From assembly GCA_048941015.1 (NCBI GenBank), contig JBHLNZ010000003.1, positions 60,797 to 124,796 of the forward strand: a DNA stretch of 64,000 bases, written 5' to 3'. The notes under the pieces were generated by a model, which saw only the letters and a list, made by a program, of their open reading frames with translations, was not told the origin of the DNA and ran no database searches. This DNA comes from Promethearchaeota archaeon (lineage in GTDB: Archaea; Asgardarchaeota; Lokiarchaeia; Sigyniarchaeales; SOKP01). Made by a program: the position numbers and the translations under genes. Of the stretch, positions 17,353 to 26,995 are shown one piece after another; the stretch's first letter is position 1, and every line of letters begins with the position of its first letter.

Positions 17353-17485
17353 TGGACCTGGCGGGAATTGAACCCGCGGCCTCGTGAATGCGAATCTCGC
17401 GTTGTATTATTCTTATATATACAATCACGCGTAGCAGTAGAGGTCAGATTTTGAATCCTAACATCTGCGACTAATCTACAGGCCC
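17353..17485 (-). tRNA. tRNA-Ala(CGC) with two introns: 24/25 (17432-17462) and 30/31 (17396-17425)
   Basis: Acceptor GGGCCTG/CAGGTCC with G3:U70 and A73; T-arm GCGGG TTCAATT CCCGC. After splicing the anticodon arm reads CGTGA TT-CGC-AT TCACG. Both introns have a 4-bp central helix and 3-nt bulges. Confidence 0.9.
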
Positions 17486-17590
17486 ATTAATCTTGACTAA
17501 AATAACATATTATAAAAAATTGTATAACTAAAAATTTTTTCTTTTTCAAGGTGTTAAAAAATCAATTTTAAGCCTAAGAATTTAAAATTA

Positions 17591-19969
17591 CTAATATTGT
17601 GTTCGAGCGATTATATCATTTTGTGCAATTTCAGATAATTCAGTAAAATAGACAGCATATCCAGCAATTCTTACAACTAAACCACGATAATTATTTGGAT
17701 TTTTTTGAGCATCACATAAAGTTTCTTTACCAACAACGTTAAATTGAATATGGAAACCTCCGTTCTTTTTGAAAAATGATCTTATAAGCGGTACAAATGT
17801 TTCTATTTTAAAGTTTTTAGGATGAAAATCTATTATTATAGAGGTTCCATTAGTAATTAATTTATTTTCTAGTTTCATAATAGAATTTAAGATGGCCGTT
17901 GGACCCTTTTTATCAAAATTGTGAGTAGGACCAATTCCATTTGAAAGTGGTTCTTTAGATTTTCTTCCATTGGCAGATGCTGCTGTAAAAAAACCAAATA
18001 CTAAATGAAATGAAGTAGAATATATTCCGGGATTATATTTACCACCTCGGTAATTATTATGTTTTAAAATCTCTTCGCAAAATAATTTTGCTACATCATG
18101 AGCAATCAAATCAACATAATCATCATCATTTCCAAATTTTGGCACTTTATTAATAAAAATCTGACGCCACTCTTCTCCTTTTTTACCATTATAGGATCCC
18201 TTATAATTTTTTGAAAGCATTTGAACTAATTGGTCATATGTAAGAAGTTTTTCTTCAAAAACTATTTTTTTAATAACAGCCAGACTATCTGCTACAGTTG
18301 CTAATCCAATCAATTGAGTAGTTGTAAAATCATAAAAAGCACCTCCATTTGTAATATCAAAACCTCTATTAATACAGTCATCGATAGTTGATGATAAAAA
18401 TGGTTGGGGGTTTAGTTCAGCAATTGCTCTTTCAAGATTATTCATTGTTTCAACCATCTTTTTAATAAAATATCTTAATTGTAAAGTAAACTCCTCCCAT
18501 AGATCTTTAAATGAAGCGATTTTCTTTGAGTTTTCAATGCCATATTTTCTTTTTATAAACATATCTGTTCCGTTATTTAGTGTTAATTCTAACAACTTTA
18601 CGACGTTTATTTGAGTTGCATTAGTACATCCGAAAGTTTTATGAGGATGTGCAGGTTCAACACAACCGATTGGAGCATATTCTCTAGCATCTTCGAGGGA
18701 ATATCCAAGATTTTTCAAACCAGGTATAATGACTAAATCATTAAATAAAGCAATGCTTGCGCCTGATTTAATTGCTTCCCCTGTCTTTAATATCAAATTA
18801 TCTGGAGTTTTATCATGTATACGAACAGAAAATGCTGGTTGAATAGTCTTTAAATGGTTATAGGAATCTAGAAACAAGTATGATAATTCATTTGTTACAT
18901 TCTTTCCAAATCGATCAATCCCACCGATTGTCAAATTTTCAGCAATTGGCGGACCTTCTCCAGCAACAATTCCCTTATGCATAACATAATTCCATAATGT
19001 ACTTAATTTTATATAAAAACATTCAATAAGGAATTGAACTTCTTCATTAGTAATTCTATCATTTTTTATATCTTTTTTATAATATGGATAAAGAATTTGA
19101 TCCAAGCGTCCAATACTTATCGCAAAACCCCCATCTTCTAATCCTGATATAACATGAGTAAAATAAATTAATTGTAAAGCTTCTTTAAAAGATTCTGGGG
19201 GATTTTCTGAAACATTTAAACATATTTTCGAAATTTCAATCAGTTCATTTCTGCGATCGGTGTTATTTTCTTGTTCTGCTAAATTTTTTGCGAGCTTTGA
19301 AAATCTTTTTATATATTTTTTTACACCTTCTAAAATAATAATAACTGAACGTATAAAATTTAATTTTTCTGGCTCATTTGGGAAATATTTTAACTTTTTT
19401 TCTGCTTTTTGAATTAAATCATTAAAACCTCCTTTTAAAACGTTTTCATGTCCTGGAAAAAAATGTCCGACTCCATTTGTGATATTAACGTCGACAGTAT
19501 AAGGTAACAGTACCATTAGTTCTGTTAATTCAGAGTTAAGATAATTATTGAATCGAGATTTCACAGTATCTTCTTCATTTTTCCAATAAGGTATGATCTC
19601 TTCTTTTATAATCCGTTTTTCAGTTTCAGTTAATAAAAATTTCTGAATCTCTCGACTACTGTACAGATCCAAATCAAGTTCAATTGTATCTACCCGAACT
19701 TCGGGATATAAAGGGGTACCAACAAATTTTGTAGTACGATTTCCAACTATGAACTCGTCGGTCCTAATCTGGATTGTCATGTTTGTTAATAAATGGTACA
19801 TCGCTTTTGCAAATCGAAGTATTTGTGGTTCTCCTTTTGTTTTTTTATAGGACTCAGTAAATAGTTTAGCTCTCTCTATACAAATTTCGTGTGGTTGAGA
19901 TAAAATCTTCTTTTTCATTTCTAAAGTCCTTTCTTTATAATTTAGAATAAACGATTGTTCTAGTTGCAT
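17591..19969 (-). CDS. Glycyl radical enzyme (PFL2/PflD-like)
   Basis: SIGRLDQ.LYPYY, GCVEP Cys loop, PKFGNDDD.VD, C-terminal LVVRIAGY. Confidence 0.92.
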   Translation of the reverse strand: MQLEQSFILNYKERTLEMKKKILSQPHEICIERAKLFTESYKKTKGEPQILRFAKAMYHLLTNMTIQIRTDEFIVGNRTTKFVGTPLYPEVRVDTIELDLDLYSSREIQKFLLTETEKRIIKEEIIPYWKNEEDTVKSRFNNYLNSELTELMVLLPYTVDVNITNGVGHFFPGHENVLKGGFNDLIQKAEKKLKYFPNEPEKLNFIRSVIIILEGVKKYIKRFSKLAKNLAEQENNTDRRNELIEISKICLNVSENPPESFKEALQLIYFTHVISGLEDGGFAISIGRLDQILYPYYKKDIKNDRITNEEVQFLIECFYIKLSTLWNYVMHKGIVAGEGPPIAENLTIGGIDRFGKNVTNELSYLFLDSYNHLKTIQPAFSVRIHDKTPDNLILKTGEAIKSGASIALFNDLVIIPGLKNLGYSLEDAREYAPIGCVEPAHPHKTFGCTNATQINVVKLLELTLNNGTDMFIKRKYGIENSKKIASFKDLWEEFTLQLRYFIKKMVETMNNLERAIAELNPQPFLSSTIDDCINRGFDITNGGAFYDFTTTQLIGLATVADSLAVIKKIVFEEKLLTYDQLVQMLSKNYKGSYNGKKGEEWRQIFINKVPKFGNDDDYVDLIAHDVAKLFCEEILKHNNYRGGKYNPGIYSTSFHLVFGFFTAASANGRKSKEPLSNGIGPTHNFDKKGPTAILNSIMKLENKLITNGTSIIIDFHPKNFKIETFVPLIRSFFKKNGGFHIQFNVVGKETLCDAQKNPNNYRGLVVRIAGYAVYFTELSEIAQNDIIARTQY

Positions 19970-20084
19970 TTTTTATCCCAAAATCATTCAATTTTTCTTT
20001 TTATAAAGTTTTAAATAAACTAATAATACATTTTTTAATAAATATATCGATTAAAATATTCAATTCTAAAAGGTTTAAAATTTC

Positions 20085-20921
20085 CTAAAGATAAGAAGTA
20101 ATTCGATTACTATCTTTTGGATAAAATAAAAGGCTTTCTTTATCTTTATCTTTATATCTTTTTATAGCTAAATCTAAATATTCCTTACTTATATCAATAC
20201 CAATGAATTTTCTTTTTAAAATACTACACACTATTCCTGTTGAACCTGATCCAACAAAAGGATCTAAAATAGTATCTCCTACATTAGAAGATGAAATAAT
20301 AATTCTGTTTAACAATTCCAAAGGTTTTTGAGTAGGATGTTTCCCAAATTTTTTTTCTGTTTTTGGTATTAGAGGTATAGACCAAACACTTCTCATTTGT
20401 TTATCTTTATTTTTTAATTTATCTTTTTGGTTATCCCATATTTTCATTTTTTCATAATTAAAAGTGTGTTGAGAATTTGTATCTTTACGAGCCCATAATA
20501 AGATTTCATGACTATGGGTGAAATACTTACAAGATAGATTAGGTGGCGCATTTGGTTTATACCAAATAATATCATTAATGATATCAAAATTGTTTTTTTC
20601 TAGTAAATATCCTACCTTAAAAATCACATGAAAAGTCCCTGAAATCCAAATTGTACCATTCTCTTTTAAGACTCGCCTGCAACATTTTAACCAGTTATCA
20701 ATAAATTTTATATCATCTTCAAATCCTTTTGACTTATCCCAATCACCTTTATTGACAGAAACCATTTTTCCCGATGAACATGTAATTCCATCATTTGAAA
20801 GGAGGTATGGAGGATCTGCAAAAATCAAATTAAATTTCTCAGGTTCAATTTGTTCGAGGATTTCTAATGTATCTCCATGGTATAAAATGAAATCTTTTTC
20901 TTCAAAGTATGGTTCAATCAT
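20085..20921 (-). CDS. Beta-class N6-adenine DNA methyltransferase (DpnB/M.MboIB-like)
   Basis: FADPPY.LSN.GITC.SG.MVSVNKG.WD, HPTQKP, LDPFVGSGST. Confidence 0.88.
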   Translation of the reverse strand: MIEPYFEEKDFILYHGDTLEILEQIEPEKFNLIFADPPYLLSNDGITCSSGKMVSVNKGDWDKSKGFEDDIKFIDNWLKCCRRVLKENGTIWISGTFHVIFKVGYLLEKNNFDIINDIIWYKPNAPPNLSCKYFTHSHEILLWARKDTNSQHTFNYEKMKIWDNQKDKLKNKDKQMRSVWSIPLIPKTEKKFGKHPTQKPLELLNRIIISSSNVGDTILDPFVGSGSTGIVCSILKRKFIGIDISKEYLDLAIKRYKDKDKESLLFYPKDSNRITSYL

Positions 20922-21048
20922 GAAAGAATTTTTAAAATTTATATATTTTATTCTTATTCTAAAGGATATAAATCCCCTTTAAATTATTAACTTTAAAGTT
21001 AATAATTATCAAACCTTTATTATTCACAAAATATAATAAAATTTAATA

Positions 21049-21990
21049 ATGATTAATAAAGAAAGATTTGAAGAACTATTTAACCGACATTTAATAAAAG
21101 ATATTTCTGAAGAAAAAATAGATATTGTATTATCTGGGCAATATGGAAAAGCTTTAGAATTATTAAGGGATGCTGAAGCGACTGGTTTATTTCCTGCTTT
21201 AGTGGGCCCTCCTGGGGTTGGTAAAACAATTTTATGTAGATATTTTGCGAGTTTAAGAGCTAAAGAAAATAAAAATAAGAGTTTTTATTGGTTAACAATG
21301 GATGAATCAATAAAACCATCTCATTTTATAGGTAGTTTTGATCCCGCAATAACTTTGAAAAATGGTTTTGTCATAGAAGCATTCAATCCTGGACCTTTAT
21401 TAAGTGCTATGCTGGAAGGAGGAACCTTTCTGGCAAATGAAATAAATAGAGCAACAGAGTATTCACAGAATACACTTTTAGAGCCATTAGAAGAGGCTTC
21501 AATAGGAATTCCTCATTTAGGACGTATTAAAGCGGATAAAGATTTCTTCTTTATTTCAGCGATGAATCCTGAAGAACTTTCTGGGACACACCGTCTCTCA
21601 GAAGCTTTAAAAGATAGGATTAAGGTTTGGATTAAACTTACATATCCTGATAAAGCAACAGAATTAGATATTATAAGAATTAATTTACCTGAGCATTTTG
21701 TTATAGAAGAATCTGAATTGGAATTGATATATTCAATAATCAATGAAACTCGAAAAAATAAAATAGATATTGAAGTACCTGCTTCAATTAGAGCAGGAAT
21801 CGCTATAGCAAAATTATTAGGAAGACGTCAATTTCTAGAGGAAAAAGGAAAAATCAAGGAAAAAATTTCAGTTTATGAATATCTTTCTGAAATAACTAAG
21901 CATGTTTTGCTTGGAAGTATTAAGCCTAAACCTGGAATAAAAGTTGAAAATGTCATTGAAAACATTATACATAAAACTCTAGGAGCATAG
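21049..21990 (+). CDS. MoxR-family AAA+ ATPase
   Basis: GPPGVGKT, NEINRA, AMNP....GT..LSEAL.DR. Confidence 0.88.
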   Translation: MINKERFEELFNRHLIKDISEEKIDIVLSGQYGKALELLRDAEATGLFPALVGPPGVGKTILCRYFASLRAKENKNKSFYWLTMDESIKPSHFIGSFDPAITLKNGFVIEAFNPGPLLSAMLEGGTFLANEINRATEYSQNTLLEPLEEASIGIPHLGRIKADKDFFFISAMNPEELSGTHRLSEALKDRIKVWIKLTYPDKATELDIIRINLPEHFVIEESELELIYSIINETRKNKIDIEVPASIRAGIAIAKLLGRRQFLEEKGKIKEKISVYEYLSEITKHVLLGSIKPKPGIKVENVIENIIHKTLGA

Positions 21991-22008
21991 GAGGTTATTA
22001 AATAGTAG

Positions 22009-24510
22009 ATGGGAATATTTCCAGAAAATCCATGTGAATTTGCAGTTGATTTTATTCGGAAAATGAGAGCTCACCCCGATATAGTTCAAATTCCATCTTC
22101 ACGTCAAGTTTTATCTATCCCAAGATTAATTCTATCTAGATATTATAGGAAGGGGATCGTCACTCCAAATGATTATATCGAAATTAGTGAGGTCACTTCT
22201 TTTCCAGATAATCAAAATTTAGCTAAAGATATAGCATTCCAAATACTTTTTCCTAATTATAAAAAAGATATGGTTGATTCTTTTTTTCAAGATGAAATTG
22301 GATTAGAAAAGGATTCTAAAAATGATCTACTAGATCAGGAAATTAAAACTGAATTAGACAAACTTCAAGAGATTTTTGATGAAATTGAAATGTCTAAATC
22401 TATTGATACAGACTCTATTGAAGAGCTAGAAGATTTTTTGGAAGAATTAAATAGAAAACGAGAAGAAGAACCTTATAAATCAGCATTAGAATTTTTTAAT
22501 GAAGATTCGGAGCTGTTTAAAGAAGAGATCTCATCCTTAGAACAATTACTTAAAGAAGCTCAGAAAAGATTAGAACAGCGGATTAATACATTAGAACCTA
22601 ATGAAATCAAAGCAGCAGCCAATTTAGGATTAAATGATTTAATCCAACAAAAATCATTGAGAGAATGGGAGAAATTGACAAGTAAGGCACTTGATAATCA
22701 AGATATTTCAAAAGATTTAGAAAATCTCCTCCAGTCTGGTAAGTTAGATGATTTATTAAATACTATGAAATTTTTAAATGATGCATCTGAGCAACCTCAC
22801 ATTAAAGATCAAATACAAAATCTTAAAAATCAATTGCAAAATCATCTCAATAATTTAGATGAATTATTTAATGCCGCTAAAACATTAGGAGAGACTCCCC
22901 GATTCAATCAGGAAGAGCTGATTAAAAATTCATTAACACAATCTTCATTTGAACACAACTTTAACTTAGCTAATTCATTAGACCAATATTTTGGAACAAA
23001 TCTTAGAGAAAAGTTACTAAATGAATTCCATCAACAACATAAAAATTCTCAAATGAACTTATCGCTAGAAACCCTCACAAAAAGTGCATTTGCGAATAAA
23101 GCATGGAATACTCTTTTCAATCAAGCTCTTGAAAATGCAAAAAAAGACGCTATAAATCAAAATATTAAATTTGAAGCCTTTAAATCTCTAACTCACCAAT
23201 TACAACAGTTAATGAATAGCTGTGCTAATATGCATTGTAGTCAAAAAATGTCTCAAAAACTTCCTGAACTCGTTTCTCAAACACTAAATAATTGTGAAAA
23301 TTCTGACCAATTAAGAAATGCAACTGAGTTTTTAAGAAAAATAGGACTAAATCCTCAATCTGAGGATATACAGAAAGTCGGAAAGAAATTAAATATGCCT
23401 GATGAGGAGATTTATGAATTAATAGAACCTAATTATCAAATATTAAAAAAGATGATTGAAGAAAACACTGCTGATTTTCAGCGAATTAGTAATTTAATGA
23501 ACCAAATTCAGGATCAATTAAACAAAGATAGACTTAAAGAATTGATTAGTAGCGCCTTAGCTAACGAAAATAGAGATGCCTTAGGTGCTCTTGGTCATTT
23601 TGATTTAACTGAAGCTTTAAAAACAGCACAACAAATTGGAGGCAAAGAAGGCCAAGATAAAATGATTGCTTGCTTATCTGCAGGAAGTGGTGAAAATCTT
23701 TTGAAGCAATGGTTCATGCATCGCAAAAATTTGCCCGATGATGCAAAACAAAAAGTAAAAGAATTAGCAAAAAAAATGTTGATTGAACTTGGGATCTATT
23801 ATTCTAGAGCAAGATTAGGTAGTTCTACAACCGGACCTATTCCTATAAATATAGTAAGACCATATACTATAGGAGATGATTTTGAAAATATAGATTTAGA
23901 AGAAACTATATTTAATTTGTTAGAAAAGGGAAAAGAATTAGACCATATTGATTATGATGATTTTTATGTATATGAAACAGCAAAAGGCTTACGTTCGGCC
24001 TGTTTTGAACTAGATGTTAGCGGGTCAATGTCAGGTGATAAACTTGCATACATGAGTATCTGCGTAACAATGTTATGCTATGGGATGCGTAAAGATGAGC
24101 TTGGGATTGCTTTTTTTGAATCAAACACGCATGTGTTAAAGGAATTAGATAAAAAAGTAGATATGGAAAAGCTAGCAGATGATTTACTTTCTGTTACAGC
24201 AAGAGGCGGTACAAGATTACAAAGTGCAATAGAATGGGCTAATAAGCAATTTAAAGAAAACTCATCTTCACGTGAAAAGTTAAATGTCCTATTTACTGAT
24301 GCAGAAATTTTTGATATACAACAAAGTATGCAAGAACTTAGAATAATGCGTTCTCTCGGAGTAGATTTTATTTTAGTTTGTCCAGAAACATCATATAGCT
24401 TGAAAGAAGCTGAAAAAATGGTTAAGATTGCAGGGGGGCAACTACTTACTATAAAGGATTGGAATGAATTTCCTAAGTTGATCTCTGATATTATTAAATC
24501 GAGATTTTAA
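22009..24510 (+). CDS. VWA-domain protein, probable MoxR partner
   Basis: C-terminal MIDAS DVSGS...GGT...FTD preceded by IDLEET motif; long helical middle region. Confidence 0.85.
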   Translation: MGIFPENPCEFAVDFIRKMRAHPDIVQIPSSRQVLSIPRLILSRYYRKGIVTPNDYIEISEVTSFPDNQNLAKDIAFQILFPNYKKDMVDSFFQDEIGLEKDSKNDLLDQEIKTELDKLQEIFDEIEMSKSIDTDSIEELEDFLEELNRKREEEPYKSALEFFNEDSELFKEEISSLEQLLKEAQKRLEQRINTLEPNEIKAAANLGLNDLIQQKSLREWEKLTSKALDNQDISKDLENLLQSGKLDDLLNTMKFLNDASEQPHIKDQIQNLKNQLQNHLNNLDELFNAAKTLGETPRFNQEELIKNSLTQSSFEHNFNLANSLDQYFGTNLREKLLNEFHQQHKNSQMNLSLETLTKSAFANKAWNTLFNQALENAKKDAINQNIKFEAFKSLTHQLQQLMNSCANMHCSQKMSQKLPELVSQTLNNCENSDQLRNATEFLRKIGLNPQSEDIQKVGKKLNMPDEEIYELIEPNYQILKKMIEENTADFQRISNLMNQIQDQLNKDRLKELISSALANENRDALGALGHFDLTEALKTAQQIGGKEGQDKMIACLSAGSGENLLKQWFMHRKNLPDDAKQKVKELAKKMLIELGIYYSRARLGSSTTGPIPINIVRPYTIGDDFENIDLEETIFNLLEKGKELDHIDYDDFYVYETAKGLRSACFELDVSGSMSGDKLAYMSICVTMLCYGMRKDELGIAFFESNTHVLKELDKKVDMEKLADDLLSVTARGGTRLQSAIEWANKQFKENSSSREKLNVLFTDAEIFDIQQSMQELRIMRSLGVDFILVCPETSYSLKEAEKMVKIAGGQLLTIKDWNEFPKLISDIIKSRF

Positions 24511-24515
24511 TTAAT

Positions 24516-26882
24516 ATGACAAAAAAAGAATTAGTAGATAAAATTATTGAAAATTTTGGCATTGAATTATATAAAAAAGCAAAAGAATTTCCTAATAATA
24601 AAATAAATCTTATTTCTTTTAGAAAAACTCCCATAAAAGTAAGGGCACTTATTTTAGATAATGAACGTGAATTCCATCTTATAATAGATGAATATAAAAA
24701 TGAAATTTTTCATGATTGTCCTTCTTTCTTAATTCATAGTAATTTAGATGATAAAATATGTATACATATCATTAAGTTACTTTTATCAATAGACACCTAT
24801 CTTTCTTTAAAGATCCTTACAAATCTAAGTAGATATAGTCTAACTTCAGAAGATTTTGGTTCCAAAAAAAAAAGTAAAAATTTTATTAAATTAGCAAACA
24901 TATGTTTCGAGAATAATAACTGTGTTGAGGGACTTAATTATCTAAATAAAGCAATTATCAATCAATATGACTGTGAGCCAATAATCGAACGTTATTTTCA
25001 AAACGCAATAAAAAATGATTTATTTATTGAATTTTTTGAATTTTTAAAAATTGGATTTGAAAATGAGCTTAATAGCTATTTTCTAAAATTCAATGATTAT
25101 ATTGAAAGAGGATTCAAATTATTTTTAAATTCAGTCTCTCTTTATTCCTTTTTTGATATATTAAGAATTATTGAATATATTGATTATGTATTAGAAAAAT
25201 ACCAATTCCAAAGTAATTCCTTTATTTCTTCTATACTTAACAAATTATCAAAAATGGTTAAATCGAATAATTTTAATGAGAGATACTTCTCAATATATTT
25301 TATTAAGAAAAATTTACCAAAATTGATTAACTTTGACTCTAAATTTGAAAATCTAATCACTCAAAACGATTATCAATTATTTAAAGAAGAAATAATTAAT
25401 TATTTTTTAAACGAGATTGAAAATTTTTGTATTATTGATAAATTAAAACTAATGAAAAAACATTTTGAAGTATTTGAGATTCCAAAAATTGAATATCAGG
25501 AACAATATAAGAATTATAAAGAAGAAATAAGAGAATTAGAGAGAAAAGTCTACTTAAAAAAATTTGCTTTTCTTAAACTTCTTATAGAACAATATAATAT
25601 AAAAAAAAGTAAAGTAAATTTTAGAAAAAAAAGAAACACTTATGTTGTCAATCATGATAAAGAGAATTTAGAAAATCCTGCTTATAATTATGTTATTAAG
25701 CATGTTGGATTCTTTGGAATAAGTGAATCTACGATAAAATCATCAGAAATTGGAATAAATTATCTAATTATAAAAGAATTGTTCTTAGATGACTTTACAA
25801 TTTTTCCTGATATTTTTTACTATAAAAAGCAATTCTGGGGGGAAAATGATAATTATAAAATAAGTTTAATAGAAGGATTTTCTGTTTTAAGCTCTCAAGT
25901 TAATTATAACTATGAAATAGATCAAAATTATTCGAATATGAATGAGATTTTAATCGTTGAATGGGATCTAGCAAGCAAACCACGACAAGCTAGTTTAGTG
26001 AATGCATATGGTTCTCAAATAATAATTCCAGATCAAAATAATCCCTTATTTCATGACTTAAAACCATTTGACTTATGTTATTGTAAAAAAACCCCTATAA
26101 AAATGGAAGGTAATATTAAAACCATTAATGTCCTTACCAAATGCTCGTTTAAAGAAGCTATTAATAGTATTTCAAAGGGAATGTTATATATTGAAGGATA
26201 CTATCCTTTATCATTAGTAAATGATGTCTTAAAAAGAAGAATAAGCCCATTTAAAGCAAATGAGCTAGTCATTAATAATCCAAACAAATTATTTGTGCCA
26301 AATTATAAGCAGTTCATAAAAGCATTTAGAGAATTTTTATTTGAATTTATAAACAAAGAAAAAGATTATATTTACAATGAATTAGTTAAAGATCCTCAAG
26401 AAAATATTAATCAACTCCTCATTCTACTAAATCTGACAACCGAATTAGCTGGTATAGACCTTCCGTATACTGAAATCATAAAAAAAGCGTTAATTCAAGA
26501 TATTCAATTAAAAGAATTAAGAGAAAAGTTGATTAATGAAATTCATTTAAGTATAAGGCAATTACTAAATAAGAAAGAACTTGGATCAACAAAAATATTT
26601 AATCTTAAGAAGATGCGGCATACACCTTTTATCCAATATTCTCAAGAAATAATAAAATTAAGAAAAGAAGAGCTTGAAAAAGCAAGTATCATTAAAAAAA
26701 TTGAAGATGATACTATCTGTTATGACTTCTCTGAAGTAAATAATACTTATTATGGAATAAAATTTGCCAAAGCATTGAATATAGGGAGTAGATCAAAAAT
26801 AAGCCAAGAAATCTTGAATAAATTTTCTAAATTTTTGTCAAAATTAAATATTGAATTAAATATCATTGATCAAACATCTTAA
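24516..26882 (+). CDS. SWIM zinc-finger protein
   Basis: N-terminal H-D-C-P...C-I-H SWIM-like motif; remainder unassigned. Confidence 0.6.
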   Translation: MTKKELVDKIIENFGIELYKKAKEFPNNKINLISFRKTPIKVRALILDNEREFHLIIDEYKNEIFHDCPSFLIHSNLDDKICIHIIKLLLSIDTYLSLKILTNLSRYSLTSEDFGSKKKSKNFIKLANICFENNNCVEGLNYLNKAIINQYDCEPIIERYFQNAIKNDLFIEFFEFLKIGFENELNSYFLKFNDYIERGFKLFLNSVSLYSFFDILRIIEYIDYVLEKYQFQSNSFISSILNKLSKMVKSNNFNERYFSIYFIKKNLPKLINFDSKFENLITQNDYQLFKEEIINYFLNEIENFCIIDKLKLMKKHFEVFEIPKIEYQEQYKNYKEEIRELERKVYLKKFAFLKLLIEQYNIKKSKVNFRKKRNTYVVNHDKENLENPAYNYVIKHVGFFGISESTIKSSEIGINYLIIKELFLDDFTIFPDIFYYKKQFWGENDNYKISLIEGFSVLSSQVNYNYEIDQNYSNMNEILIVEWDLASKPRQASLVNAYGSQIIIPDQNNPLFHDLKPFDLCYCKKTPIKMEGNIKTINVLTKCSFKEAINSISKGMLYIEGYYPLSLVNDVLKRRISPFKANELVINNPNKLFVPNYKQFIKAFREFLFEFINKEKDYIYNELVKDPQENINQLLILLNLTTELAGIDLPYTEIIKKALIQDIQLKELREKLINEIHLSIRQLLNKKELGSTKIFNLKKMRHTPFIQYSQEIIKLRKEELEKASIIKKIEDDTICYDFSEVNNTYYGIKFAKALNIGSRSKISQEILNKFSKFLSKLNIELNIIDQTS

Positions 26883-26995
26883 ATATATTAGAAAACCCTC
26901 TAATTATGTTTTCATTTTGATAATTTACATTATTTTTATATTTTACATGATCTTCTATTAATTAAGTTCAATTAAAAAATCAAGATTTTAATGAA

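Noticed and set aside
17168-17428. 86-aa ORF in the ORF track
   Set aside because: It overlaps tRNA-Ala and the valS start; spurious
17486-21000. GRE plus methyltransferase as an island integrated at tRNA-Ala
   Set aside because: It lies on the 5' side of the tRNA, with no integrase and no duplicated att sequence
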